Below, one piece after another: positions 37,786-47,724 of a stretch of 64,000 nucleotides of DNA (positions are counted from its first letter, which is position 1; every line of letters begins with the position of its first letter). A program made the translations under genes and the position numbers. The notes beneath the pieces were generated by a model. It did not search any database, was not told where the DNA came from, and worked only from the letters and a program-made list of their open reading frames with translations. The stretch is from Trueperaceae bacterium (GTDB taxonomy: Bacteria > Deinococcota > Deinococci > Deinococcales > Trueperaceae). The stretch covers positions 1,728,001 to 1,792,000 of the forward strand of contig CBDCDZ010000004.1 in the NCBI GenBank assembly GCA_965215565.1, in the 5' to 3' direction.

Positions 37786-38568
37786 TCACGAGTCGCGCTC
37801 CCTCTGAGCCAAGATAAGCGCCCACTCCTCTTTATGTTCGACTGAATGAACCGTGAGGTGAGCCTCGAGCGCCCCTTTCGCCATTTCTAAGCGCTCATCC
37901 AGAATCCCCGTCGCCAAGAGCCAGCCGCCCGGACGCAAGGCGCGGCAGTACGCGCTAGCAAAGTCTACGTGCAGTTCGGCAAAGAGGTTCGCGGTGACAA
38001 TATCAAAGCCTTCAGATACGGTGTCGTCGAACGTACCGAGCCTAAAGGTCGCCTTCGAATGATTGAGGGCGCGGTTTTCTTCTGCCACGGGTAAGGTCAA
38101 GGGGTCAATGTCAATTCCGACGGCTTCGGCTGCGCCTAAGAGGTCAGCGGCAATCGTTAAAATGCCCGAGCCTGCGCCTACATCCAGAACTCGTTTATTT
38201 TTTAGTCGAAAGGTCTCGAGCGCAGCCAACGCAAGGTGCGTCGTCGCGTGGTGCCCCGTGCCGAACGCCATGCCGGGGTCGAGCCAGAGGACGCGGCGCG
38301 TTTCATCCGTTGGGATTTCACAGTGCGTCGGCGCGACGATGAGGTGCCCTAAATAAACAGGTTCAAGCTCTGCGTAATACGCCGCTAAGTAATCCGTCTC
38401 TTCAACCTCTTGCCAGGTGCCTTGTAGGGGCAGGGCGACCGCTTCAGCGAAGTACGCCACCACCTCATCACCCTCTTGAGCGATCCCGAGACAGCCCGCC
38501 TCCCACAAGAGAGAGGTCTCCACTTCTAAATTCTCCAACTCGCCCTGCATGTGGAATGAAACGCTCAT
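37786..38568 (-). CDS. prmA: Ribosomal protein L11 methyltransferase
   Basis: LDPGMAFGTGHHATT, LDVGAGSGIL; start ATG 38568 overlaps the upstream stop. Confidence 0.93.
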   Translation of the reverse strand: MSVSFHMQGELENLEVETSLLWEAGCLGIAQEGDEVVAYFAEAVALPLQGTWQEVEETDYLAAYYAELEPVYLGHLIVAPTHCEIPTDETRRVLWLDPGMAFGTGHHATTHLALAALETFRLKNKRVLDVGAGSGILTIAADLLGAAEAVGIDIDPLTLPVAEENRALNHSKATFRLGTFDDTVSEGFDIVTANLFAELHVDFASAYCRALRPGGWLLATGILDERLEMAKGALEAHLTVHSVEHKEEWALILAQRERDS

Positions 38569-40250
38569 GCGAGTTCCTTGGGGTTGGCGACGCGCGCATC
38601 GCGGGTCACGATCTCGAAGCCGAGCCGCGCTCCCTCGTGCAGATAGAACTCGATATCGGCGCTCTTCGTCGCGCCACCTAACGACTTGCGGTGAAACGCC
38701 CGCGTCGCGCTCATGATCATCGTCTCTGCCATGCACGCGGGCACCATACCATCGCCAAAGTGCAAGTCGAGGTGGCTGCGCATCGCACCGGGCGGGCGCA
38801 CCACGCCGCCGGGGATGAGGTGGACGCCGGGAACCTCACGGACGCTCTCGTCCACGTCGGCAGGACGCCCGAGGTCGAAAATCCAAGCGCCGGGTTTGAC
38901 GTGGTGAGCGAACAGGACGGGCGCAGGATCAGAGGTCGCGGTGAAGATGAGGTCAGCCGTTTCGCACGCGGCAACGTCGGTGCTTATCTCAATCTGTGTA
39001 CCGGAGTATTTGCGGCGCAACGTTTTAGCACTGCGTTCTAAACGCGCTTCGTCTCGCCCGATGAGGATGAGACGCGCCACCTCTGGGGCGATGGTGCGGG
39101 CAACGCCAAAGGCGACGACGCCGTTTGCACCGATGATAGCGGCGCTCGAGCGCCCAAGCGCCCCCCCTTCCGCCTTGAAGCGCTTCAAGAGTCCCGGCAC
39201 CGCCGCCTTGACCGTCGCCGCCGTATACGCGCCGCCATTCGTGATGTGAATCTCCGGCACTGCCTCTTGCACTTTGAGCCCCTTCTCCCCTACCGTAGAC
39301 CAAAACGCGCCCAGCCCAAACGCCTCCGCGCCGAGTTCGTGCGCAAGCCGCGCCCCCTGAACCGCCAAGCGCGTCGCCTCTTCGGGATAGCGACGAATCT
39401 GCTCCGGGAACAAGGGACCGCTGAGGATCATCACGCGCAACTCGCGCCCGTCCGCCAATCGAATACCGCGCATCTCGTCCTGTTTTTGCGGACGCAAGAA
39501 GCGCAAAGCGCGGCGTATGAGGGAAAGCGGAATAACGCCGCGCTTTACCAGAAGACCGAGCCAACGCAAACTGCCTAGCTGCCAAACGTCGTCCATCGTC
39601 AGCGGGTGAATCATAAAGGCGGCGGTGACGACGTTCGGGTCTACGCCGCGCACGGGAGGCGGTTTGCCGAGCTTAGGCTCCGTCTGGTCCAAAATTCGCG
39701 CGAGCCCGACTTTGTGCCGCCACAGCCCTAAGATGAAGATGAGGCTTCCAACGAGCGTCAGCGGCGCAGGCTGAGAGACCCAAGCCAGGGTGAAAGCGAG
39801 CGTCAGAAGTCCCGCCACCGTCGCGAGCGTGATGTAACGACTCCAAGCGAGGAGAATAGCGTAGACCGCAAGTGGCGCGATTACGGTCCAAAGAGGGACG
39901 CCTGTGTAGACCCACAGCCCCACCAAAATCCCGAGGGTGACGCCGCTCCCTCTACCGCGCGGCACCTCGCCATAAGAAAGCCACGTCAGCGGGTAGAGAT
40001 GCCCCGCATATACTCCGAGCGCCACCCAGGGATTGCCCGCGAAAAGCGCCAGCACCGCGAAGCCTTTAAGCGCGTCTACGGCGAACGACGTGAGCACAGT
40101 GCCTACGCCGACGAAGCGCATCACGTTCTCGATGCCCAAGTTGTGCGCCGTCACCTCGCTCGGCTTGAGCCGCGTCGCCCAAACGACGAGGAAGCTACCC
40201 AAAGGTGACGAGCCGATGAGGTAGCTCGCTAAGAGGATGAGGGCGTCCAC
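38565..40250 (-). CDS. PlsY-like glycerol-3-phosphate acyltransferase fused to an acyl-ACP-reductase-like NAD(P) domain
   Basis: N-terminal YLIGSSP, NLGIENVMR, GHLYP...GRG; C-terminal GLGAFWS, ITNGGAYTA, IIGANGVVA, GGVV, PACMAETM. Confidence 0.8.
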   Translation of the reverse strand: MDALILLASYLIGSSPLGSFLVVWATRLKPSEVTAHNLGIENVMRFVGVGTVLTSFAVDALKGFAVLALFAGNPWVALGVYAGHLYPLTWLSYGEVPRGRGSGVTLGILVGLWVYTGVPLWTVIAPLAVYAILLAWSRYITLATVAGLLTLAFTLAWVSQPAPLTLVGSLIFILGLWRHKVGLARILDQTEPKLGKPPPVRGVDPNVVTAAFMIHPLTMDDVWQLGSLRWLGLLVKRGVIPLSLIRRALRFLRPQKQDEMRGIRLADGRELRVMILSGPLFPEQIRRYPEEATRLAVQGARLAHELGAEAFGLGAFWSTVGEKGLKVQEAVPEIHITNGGAYTAATVKAAVPGLLKRFKAEGGALGRSSAAIIGANGVVAFGVARTIAPEVARLILIGRDEARLERSAKTLRRKYSGTQIEISTDVAACETADLIFTATSDPAPVLFAHHVKPGAWIFDLGRPADVDESVREVPGVHLIPGGVVRPPGAMRSHLDLHFGDGMVPACMAETMIMSATRAFHRKSLGGATKSADIEFYLHEGARLGFEIVTRDARVANPKELA

Positions 40251-40323
40251 GTGTCTATCTTATAGGCTTACAGGTGAGTAAAGATGACGGGGGGAACTAC
40301 CTTCAGACGAGGGAGTGCGCGGC

Positions 40324-40351
40324 GTAGGGGTGATTCATGAATCACCCCTAC
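40324..40351. repeat. GTAG REP, perfect 28-bp palindrome
   Basis: GTAGGGGTGATTCATGAATCACCCCTAC. Confidence 0.85.
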
Positions 40352-40377
40352 AACATTTGCCTTTTTCTGTGATTTTC

Positions 40378-40480
40378 TATAGCATTTCCACGTTTCATTG
40401 CTGTAGCAATGAAACGTGCGAGCGGATGCGAGAAGAAATAGACGCCCTCACTTAGTGCAGCGAAGCGTGGAACTGCTGTA
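40378..40480 (+). mobile_element. MITE family C
   Basis: TIR TATAGCATTTCCACG / CGTGGAACTGCTGTA; 14-bp hairpin CACGTTTCATTGCT-GT-AGCAATGAAACGTG; GAGCGGATGCGAG core. Confidence 0.7.
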
Positions 40481-40525
40481 GTATTGCTCTACCGATATGA
40501 ATAGGGATTTAAGGTATATCCAACC

Positions 40526-40870
40526 TCACGTCTCCACCTTTAGGTACACCTGCTCGTTTTCCTCCTTGACCTCATAGGTCTCGAGCCGATACTCCCCCCC
40601 AAAATGCTCGCCCGTGCGGAGCGAAAAGGTATTTTTATGGAGCGGACACGCCACTTTGGGCTCGCCCTGCGCGTCGCCCACCAGACCTCTCGATAAGACC
40701 ATTTGCTCACGGTGCGGACACCTATTTTGCACGGCGTACCACGCGCTGTCGACAAAGAAAATGGCGATTTGTTTATCACCTAATTTGACGCAGCCGCGCC
40801 CGGTAGCGGCGAAATCACTCGTTTTGGCGACGGGTGTCCAGGTGTTGGATTCGACTAAGGTTGATGGCAT
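40526..40870 (-). CDS. nirD: Nitrite reductase small subunit
   Basis: YAVQNRCPH, VLSRGLVGD, VACPLHK. Confidence 0.93.
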   Translation of the reverse strand: MPSTLVESNTWTPVAKTSDFAATGRGCVKLGDKQIAIFFVDSAWYAVQNRCPHREQMVLSRGLVGDAQGEPKVACPLHKNTFSLRTGEHFGGEYRLETYEVKEENEQVYLKVET

Positions 40871-40985
40871 GGGTTGACCTCTTTTCGTGGAGCAATTGGC
40901 GATTGGGTATTAGCAAAAGCTTGGCTTTTAGCTAACGGCTAACAGCTCATCTCCACTGGGTTTGTGTCACGCGAATAGCATCTTT

Positions 40986-41096
40986 TAGCAGTTCCAAAAC
41001 ATACTGAGACAGATGAGCGCAGGCATCATCACCGAATGTGCGTGTTGAACGTCGCTTCGGACAGTAAGAGTGTTTCAAACCAGATGATACCTGCTT
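40986..41096 (-). mobile_element. MITE family A copy (111 bp)
   Basis: Differs from 59108-59218 at only 4 positions. Confidence 0.85.
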
Positions 41097-41188
41097 CTCA
41101 TAACGTGAGTGTTCAAGCAACGCTCTACTCATTGAGGGCGTTTGTGACCAGATGCAGTCGCGTGGTCCCGCTCCCGCTAGACCTGCTG
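41097..41188 (-). mobile_element. MITE family A remnant overlapping the nirB 3' end
   Basis: GTGACCAGATG[26-nt insert]ACCTGCT matches the family end ACCAGATGATACCTGCT. Confidence 0.6.
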
Positions 41189-43665
41189 TACGGCTGAATT
41201 TGTCCCCGCACCTCTTCAAACTGAATACTCGAGTCCGGCTCATCCACGTTGAGAAAGGGGCGGAAGCGGGCGAGCTTTTCGGGGTCGTTCAAGGTCTTTT
41301 TCCACTCGCATTCGTAGGTGTTTACGACATGCTGCATTTCGCGCTCTAGCTCCTCGGCAATCCCTAGCGAATCGTGAACCACCACCTCTCGCACCTTCTC
41401 CAGACCACCCGGCAGTTTGTTCAGCCACGTCGCCGTGCGCTGCAACTTATCGGCGGTGCGCACGTAGTACATCAGAAAGCGGTCGATAGTCTTAAAGACC
41501 GTCTCGGTATCGATATCACTCACCAAAAGCTGCGCGTGCTGCGGCTTCATGCCGCCGTTGCCGCCGACGTAGAGGTTCCAGCCCTTGTCGGTTGCGATGA
41601 TGCCAACGTCTTTACCCTGCGCCTCGGCGCATTCGCGGGCGCAGCCGGAGACCGCCATCTTGACCTTGTGCGGGGTGCGCAGCCCTTTATAGCGGTTCTC
41701 GATATTGATGGCGAGCGTCGTCGAGTCCTGCACGCCGAAGCGACACCACGATTTACCGACGCAACTCTTCACCGTGCGGAGCGACTTGGCGTAGGCGTGA
41801 CCCGTCTCTAACCCTGCGTCCACCAGCCGCGCCCAGATGTCGGGCAAGTCCTCCAATCTCGCCCCGAAGAGGTCGATGCGCTGCCCGCCTGTGATTTTCG
41901 AGTAAAGCCCGTACGCTTTCGCTACGGAACCAATGGCGATGAGTTGGTCCGGCGTCAACTCGCCGCCTGGGACGCGCGGCACGACGGAATACGAACCGTT
42001 CTTCTGTATATTCGCCATAAAGACGTCGTTGGTGTCTTGGACGCCCTGGTGGTCCATGACGTGCTCGTTGTAGGTGCTCGCCAAGATAGAAGCGACGGCG
42101 GGTTTGCAGACCTCGCAGCCTAAGCCCGTGCCGTAGCGCCCTAAAAGTTCATCAAAGGTGTGAACCCTGCCGAGCTTGATGATTTCAACTAACTCCTGGC
42201 GGGTGTAGGCGAAGTGCTCACATAGAGACTTATCCACCGTAATGCCGGCTTTTTCCAGCTCGAGCCCCACCAAATCTTTGAGAAGCGGCACGCAACTTCC
42301 GCAACCTGAGCCCGCGCCGCACGATTTTTTGAGCCCCGCGACGTTCTGGTAGCCCGCCGCAATTTGCGCCGTAATCGTCCCCTTCGAGACGTTCTCGCAG
42401 CTACAAATCACCGCTTCGTCGGGAAGAGACTCGAGCCCCATCCCCTCCGGTTCAGCCGCCGCGACGAGCAGTCCTTCGGGCGCAGCAGGAAGAGGTGTCT
42501 TGCCCAAGTAAAGCTGCAAGAGCCGCCCGTAGCTTTCGGCGTCACCGACTAAAACAGCACCTCTTAGGGTGCCGTCACTTCTCGAGGTCACGAGCTTTTT
42601 GTAAACACCCGCTTGCGAGTTCGACACCACAGTTACGTCGCAATCGTCCTCTGCGGTACTGTCCCCGATGCTCGCCACGTCCACGCCCATCAGCTTGAGC
42701 TTGGTGGACATATCTGCCCCTGTAAACTCACCTTCTTTAGATAAGAGGTGCGCCGCCGCCGCCTCCGCCATGCGGTAGCCGGGGGCGACTAAACCGTAAA
42801 TCATCCCGCCGTAAAGCGCACATTCGCCCACCGCGTAGATGTCGGGGTCGGAGGTCTGCATCGTTTCGCTGACCCGGATGCCGCCGCGCTCGCCCACGTT
42901 CAAGCCAGAAGAACGCGCCAACTCGTCACGCGGACGGATGCCCGCCGAGACGACGATCATATCTACCTCGAGCTGAGATTCATCCGCAAACGCCATCCCC
43001 GTGACCTTGCCGTTGCCCAAGACCTGCTTCGTCGCTTTAGAGAGGTGGACGCCGACGCCTAGCGCTTCGATCTTGCGCTTTAAGAAGTCCGAGCCCGTCT
43101 GGTCCACCTGGCGCGGCATGAGGCGCGGCGCGAACTCGACGACGTGGGTTTGCAGCCCCATGTCTACGAGGGCTTTGGCAGCCTCGAGCCCTAAGAGCCC
43201 GCCGCCGATGACCGCCGCACTCTGGCAATACTCCCCATACGCCATCATCGCGTCCAAATCCTCGATCGTGCGGTAGACGAAGACACCCTCCTTGTCGGTA
43301 CCGGGGACAGGCGGTACAAAGGGGAACGAACCCGTCGCTAAAACGAGCTTGTCGTAAGGGACCTCTTCGCCTTTTTTGGAGATGACCTTTTTGCGCCCTC
43401 GGTCAAGCGCCGCCACCGCGTCCCCTAAACGGAGCGAGACGCCGCGCTCTTCGTACCACCCTAGCGGCGCGAGGCTCAGTTCATCCGCCGTTTTGCCAGA
43501 GAAGTATGCGCTCAGTTGCACGCGGTCATAGGCGGGGCGGACCTCTTCGCAGAAGGTGATGATGTCGTACGTACCGTCCGCGTCAGCTTTCGTGAGCTTG
43601 TCGATGAACTTATGCCCCACCATGCCGTTGCCGACGACGACGAGTTTTTGTTTGGGGTGCGTCAT
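41125..43665 (-). CDS. nirB: NADH-dependent nitrite reductase large subunit
   Basis: VVGNGMVG, GGGLLGLE, BFD Cys clusters, KSCVGKSWC, SGCARECAE; start ATG 43665. Confidence 0.96.
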   Translation of the reverse strand: MTHPKQKLVVVGNGMVGHKFIDKLTKADADGTYDIITFCEEVRPAYDRVQLSAYFSGKTADELSLAPLGWYEERGVSLRLGDAVAALDRGRKKVISKKGEEVPYDKLVLATGSFPFVPPVPGTDKEGVFVYRTIEDLDAMMAYGEYCQSAAVIGGGLLGLEAAKALVDMGLQTHVVEFAPRLMPRQVDQTGSDFLKRKIEALGVGVHLSKATKQVLGNGKVTGMAFADESQLEVDMIVVSAGIRPRDELARSSGLNVGERGGIRVSETMQTSDPDIYAVGECALYGGMIYGLVAPGYRMAEAAAAHLLSKEGEFTGADMSTKLKLMGVDVASIGDSTAEDDCDVTVVSNSQAGVYKKLVTSRSDGTLRGAVLVGDAESYGRLLQLYLGKTPLPAAPEGLLVAAAEPEGMGLESLPDEAVICSCENVSKGTITAQIAAGYQNVAGLKKSCGAGSGCGSCVPLLKDLVGLELEKAGITVDKSLCEHFAYTRQELVEIIKLGRVHTFDELLGRYGTGLGCEVCKPAVASILASTYNEHVMDHQGVQDTNDVFMANIQKNGSYSVVPRVPGGELTPDQLIAIGSVAKAYGLYSKITGGQRIDLFGARLEDLPDIWARLVDAGLETGHAYAKSLRTVKSCVGKSWCRFGVQDSTTLAINIENRYKGLRTPHKVKMAVSGCARECAEAQGKDVGIIATDKGWNLYVGGNGGMKPQHAQLLVSDIDTETVFKTIDRFLMYYVRTADKLQRTATWLNKLPGGLEKVREVVVHDSLGIAEELEREMQHVVNTYECEWKKTLNDPEKLARFRPFLNVDEPDSSIQFEEVRGQIQPYSRSSGSGTTRLHLVTNALNE

Positions 43666-44454
43666 ACGCTGACCTCTTCTCTTTCGGAACACAGATAGGG
43701 CAAAGGCGTCTGCACATTCAACCCCTCTTCAATACGCGCTGCAATCACGTCCATCAGGAGCGAACCAAATCCCAGATGCTGCGTCAGGGTGATACTAATA
43801 TCCGGGTGACGCGCTTTCGCTGCGTCAACCGCTTCGGGCAAATCCTCCTGTACGTGTGCGCCGAGCTGTAAGAAGTAAGGCGTGGCGAGTACGCGCTTCG
43901 CGCCCGCTTCAACCACCTCGTCAACCGCGTCCGCAATCGTCGGTGCGTTGCACTCCATGTAGGCGACGGTGACACGCTTGTAGTCCCTTGCTCGCTGAAC
44001 GCGCTCCGCGACGCGCTCAATAAAGAGGTTTGCTTTAGGGCGCGGCGTACCGTGTGCCATGAGGACGACGGCGGTGTCTTCGGGGACCTCTTGATACACC
44101 TCGTCCAACCGCTTCATCACAAGTTTGGCCAAGGCGGGATGATCGCCGAAAGGTTCAGCCTTTCCGAATGTCACGTGTGGGCGCTTTGCCTGCTCCTCCT
44201 TGGTGAGCTTCGCGAGGGCGACGTTCACGTAATAGCCAGGAATGAGAAAATAAGGTTGCACAAGGATACTCGTCGCGCCTTTTTTAAGACAACGCTGGAT
44301 CGGCTTCAGCGAAGGTCGGGCGGCTGAAATTCAAGAAGCCCGCTGTGGCGATAGGGGCGAGACCCCGCTTGCGGACCTCGGCGGCGTGCCGAATCATCGC
44401 TGCGCCGGAAGCTTTTTTGAGGCTGCCGTGTCCAACCAAGACAACGGCTTGCAT
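43662..44454 (-). pseudogene. Sirohydrochlorin chelatase (CbiX/SirB-like) with +1 frameshift near 44302
   Basis: MQAVVLVGHGS...GFLNFSRPTFAEA joins IQRCLKKGATSILVQPYFL after removing one base; span 793 nt = 3n+1. Confidence 0.82.
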
Positions 44455-45317
44455 CAGCTTTCTCCTTGTAGATACTGGACCTCTTGGACGGGCGCGTCTA
44501 GCTTGCTGTTAAGGTCTATATCGTGAACGAACCAGCGCAACTCGTCGCGCAGCCTCACCACCTCACCGATAACGATGGCGGCGGGTGCGGTGAGACCGGC
44601 GATGCGGATAGCTTGGGGAAGCATTTCTAAAGTTGCTACCACCGTCTCTTGCTCTCTCGTTGTCCCATAACGAATTGCAGCGGCGGGCGTGTCGGGGTTG
44701 CGTCCGTGGGTGATGAGTTCGTCCACGATGCTTTCAATATGTCCGACGCCCATCAAGATGACGAGCGTGTCTACCGCCGTTGCGAGGGCGGCGTAGTTGA
44801 GGCTCGAGCCCATCCCACCCTTGAATTTACATGGGTCTTCATGTCCCGCGACGACGGCAAACGAGGTCGCTACGCGCCGGTGCGTCACCGGAATTCCAGC
44901 ATAGGCAGGCGCAGCAATCGCGGACGAGATACCCGGCACGACTTCGAATGGCACGCCCGCCGCCTTGAGCACCAACGCTTCTTCGCCGCCGCGTCCAAAA
45001 ATGAAGGGGTCGCCTCCCTTGAGCCGCACAACCTTGTGACCCTCTAACCCTTTTTGAACAAGTAGCGCGTTAATCGACTCCTGCGTCCAAGAGGTGCGGC
45101 ACGCCCCGCGTCCATCGCCGTGCTTGCCGACGTAGATGAGTTCAGCGTCAGCGCGGCATTCTCTGAGAAGTTCGGGATTCACCAGCCGGTCATACGCGGT
45201 GACATCTGCCTCACGCAAGCGCCTTAGAGCTTTAACGGTAATCAACTCAGGGTCGCCGCAGCCCGCGCCGACGAGCGAGACGAAGCCTGTTGATTTTGAA
45301 CTGTTTGTATCGGTCAT
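44454..45317 (-). CDS. cobA: Uroporphyrinogen-III C-methyltransferase
   Basis: LVGAGCGDPELIT, RLKGGDPFIFGRGGEE, GIPVTHR. Confidence 0.93.
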   Translation of the reverse strand: MTDTNSSKSTGFVSLVGAGCGDPELITVKALRRLREADVTAYDRLVNPELLRECRADAELIYVGKHGDGRGACRTSWTQESINALLVQKGLEGHKVVRLKGGDPFIFGRGGEEALVLKAAGVPFEVVPGISSAIAAPAYAGIPVTHRRVATSFAVVAGHEDPCKFKGGMGSSLNYAALATAVDTLVILMGVGHIESIVDELITHGRNPDTPAAAIRYGTTREQETVVATLEMLPQAIRIAGLTAPAAIVIGEVVRLRDELRWFVHDIDLNSKLDAPVQEVQYLQGES

Positions 45318-45396
45318 CGTGACCTCCTGATGGTTGTGGCTCGAGTCTTACCTCTTGGATGTTTCAAACTTTGCTGCACAACCACCTCACTACCTC

Positions 45397-46227
45397 TTAG
45401 CTTCTCTGCGCTTTCACATGTGCCGCATACGCCATTATCATCGCGCCCATGCGCTCTCTCTCGGGTGCGATGACCTCTTCGGTGCCCGCGTCTTTCAACG
45501 CTTTCGTCGTCATGTGCCCAACGGAGACGGCTTGAACGTCACCGTTAAACGCACCTCTTAGCTCAGCCCCTAGCCCTAACCGCTCAGCAATCCCGAAGAG
45601 GAAAAAGACCTGCGTGTTGCTCGTGAAGGCGGCGGCGTCTAGTTCGCCTGAGATGATCTCCCCTACAAAGGCACGCACCTCTTCTTCGGGCGGCTCTTGA
45701 TACTGATAGAGAGGAATTTCTAAGACGCTTGCGCCGCGCTCCATCAACCAAGTCGTCAACTCAGGCACCCTAGTTCCGTGAAGCTGGATAGCAATATGTT
45801 TCCCCGAAAAATCTACCGGCTCCAACTGCCGCCGCAAGCCTAGAAGCGTCCCGTCGTCATCTAGTACATCCGGCTTTAAGCTCATCTCTTTAAGCGCTTT
45901 GACCGTCTTGTAGCCGCGTACGGCGAGGTGGGTGTGCTCGAGCTTAGCGGTAAAGTCAGCTTCCACACCTAACGAAACCGCCACCTCGCGCATCGCCCGC
46001 ATTCCCATGCCTGTGGTTGCAACCAGCCAATCCGCACCTTCGTCTGCAAATCTCTTTACCGCTTCCGTAACGTTAGGTGAGTCTAAAGACTCGGTAACCA
46101 TCATCGGGCGGGACAAGGGAATCGCGCCGAGTTTCTCAATGAGAGCGCTCAGTTCAGCGCTCCGGCGTGCGCCGCAGAAGGCGATGCGTTTTTCAGCAAG
46201 AGGTTTGATAGCTTTTGGATTAGTCAT
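45397..46227 (-). CDS. hemD: Uroporphyrinogen-III synthase
   Basis: ATTGMG, RGYKT, QLHG, LYQY, AFTSNTQV, SVGHMT; start may extend to 46281. Confidence 0.82.
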   Translation of the reverse strand: MTNPKAIKPLAEKRIAFCGARRSAELSALIEKLGAIPLSRPMMVTESLDSPNVTEAVKRFADEGADWLVATTGMGMRAMREVAVSLGVEADFTAKLEHTHLAVRGYKTVKALKEMSLKPDVLDDDGTLLGLRRQLEPVDFSGKHIAIQLHGTRVPELTTWLMERGASVLEIPLYQYQEPPEEEVRAFVGEIISGELDAAAFTSNTQVFFLFGIAERLGLGAELRGAFNGDVQAVSVGHMTTKALKDAGTEEVIAPERERMGAMIMAYAAHVKAQRS

Positions 46228-46286
46228 AGCTCTTTTTGTAACCGAGTCAAACCCCGCCGGTTGCGGCGCACGTAACATCATCTCAC

Positions 46287-47615
46287 CTAGTCGCCCGCTC
46301 CAGCTAAACGCTCCAGCATCTCGTTTCTCGCCACCGCTTCTTGCTCCTCGCTAAAGCGCACCGCGAAAGCCAAGAACGAACAGCCTAAAACGAGCGCCCC
46401 AACGATGAGGTACGCCTGCTCGAAGGGCATCTGTCCCTTGAACAAAAAGCCCGCCATCACTGCGCCGAAGTTGCCGCCCGCCCCAACGATGCCCGCCACC
46501 GGACCGAGCGCTCGCTTGTTGATGTACGGAACGATAGAGTACGTCGCGCCCTCGCTCATCTGCACGAACAAGCTGAATACGATGAGAATCGGGATGGCGA
46601 ACGCCAGAGCGCCCAACTGCGAGAAGAACATCAGAGCGATGCCCTCTAAAAACAGACACGCGAAGAGAAACTGCACGCGCCCTTTGAGCCCTCTTTGCTG
46701 ATTGAGCTTGTCGCTAAAAATTCCGCCGAGCGAGCGTGCAAAAATATTCATCAGCCCGAACAAGCTCGCCACCAAACCCGCCGTCGCCACGTTCAACCCG
46801 AAGCGGTCGAAGAAGTACAAAGCTGCCGTGCCGTTGATGGTCAGCTCAACACCGAAGCACGCCGCGTAGATGAAAAAGAGTGCGACGACGCGGCGGTCTT
46901 TGAGCGCTTCCCAGAATGCGCCTTTATGGTGCTCGCGCGTGGGCATCTCGCCCTTGGCGCGCAGTTCATCGTAATTGCCGTCCGGCGCGTCCTGCGTGAA
47001 AAAGTAGTAGGCGATGCCCGTAAGAAAGAGCGCGACGCCCGGAATCACCATCGCGACGCGCCAGCCGAAAAGGGGCTCCGCGCCGAAAGTGAGCACCGCC
47101 GCCAGGATGAGGGGCATGACCGCCTGCGTCACGCCGCCACCCAGGTTGCCCCAGCCCGCCGTGGTCGCGTTCGCCGTGCCGACGATGTTGGGCGCGAACA
47201 TCACGCTGGTGTGGTACTGCGTGATGACAAAGCCCGCGCCGATGACGCCGATGAGCAGCCGGGCGATCAAAAAGTGCGTGTAGTTCTGCGACAGTCCGAT
47301 GAGCATGACGGGCAGCGAGCCTAAGATGAGCAACCACGTGTAGGTGATGCGCCCCCCGAAGCGGTCTAAAATCGCGCCGATGCCGAGCCGCGCGAAGATG
47401 GTGATGAAAACCGCTGCGATGACCGTGTTGCCGACTTGCGCGGGCGTCAGCCCGAGCGTGGCGATGACGCCGTTGTCACCCTTCATCAGCGGGACGATAC
47501 CGAACCAGCCGAAGAAGCACAGGAAGAAGGCGAACCAGGTGAGGTGAAAGGCGCGCATCTGCGGCGAGCCGAGGCTAAAGAGGTTGATGCGGGTGGCTTT
47601 GTTCTTGAAGTCCAT
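46287..47615 (-). CDS. Nitrate/nitrite MFS transporter (NarK/NRT2 family)
   Basis: MRAFHLTWFAFF, nitrate signatures AGWGNLGGG and GAGGNFG; AGGAG RBS before ATG 47615. Confidence 0.92.
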   Translation of the reverse strand: MDFKNKATRINLFSLGSPQMRAFHLTWFAFFLCFFGWFGIVPLMKGDNGVIATLGLTPAQVGNTVIAAVFITIFARLGIGAILDRFGGRITYTWLLILGSLPVMLIGLSQNYTHFLIARLLIGVIGAGFVITQYHTSVMFAPNIVGTANATTAGWGNLGGGVTQAVMPLILAAVLTFGAEPLFGWRVAMVIPGVALFLTGIAYYFFTQDAPDGNYDELRAKGEMPTREHHKGAFWEALKDRRVVALFFIYAACFGVELTINGTAALYFFDRFGLNVATAGLVASLFGLMNIFARSLGGIFSDKLNQQRGLKGRVQFLFACLFLEGIALMFFSQLGALAFAIPILIVFSLFVQMSEGATYSIVPYINKRALGPVAGIVGAGGNFGAVMAGFLFKGQMPFEQAYLIVGALVLGCSFLAFAVRFSEEQEAVARNEMLERLAGAGD

Positions 47616-47724
47616 TTTTTCTCCTAAACTCATCTATAGTTTGAAATCACACAAAAATGAAATTTTATGCAAACATGGCTGCACAAGACTAGGGAGACAT
47701 TCGCAGAACCTCCTCGAGTAGGAC

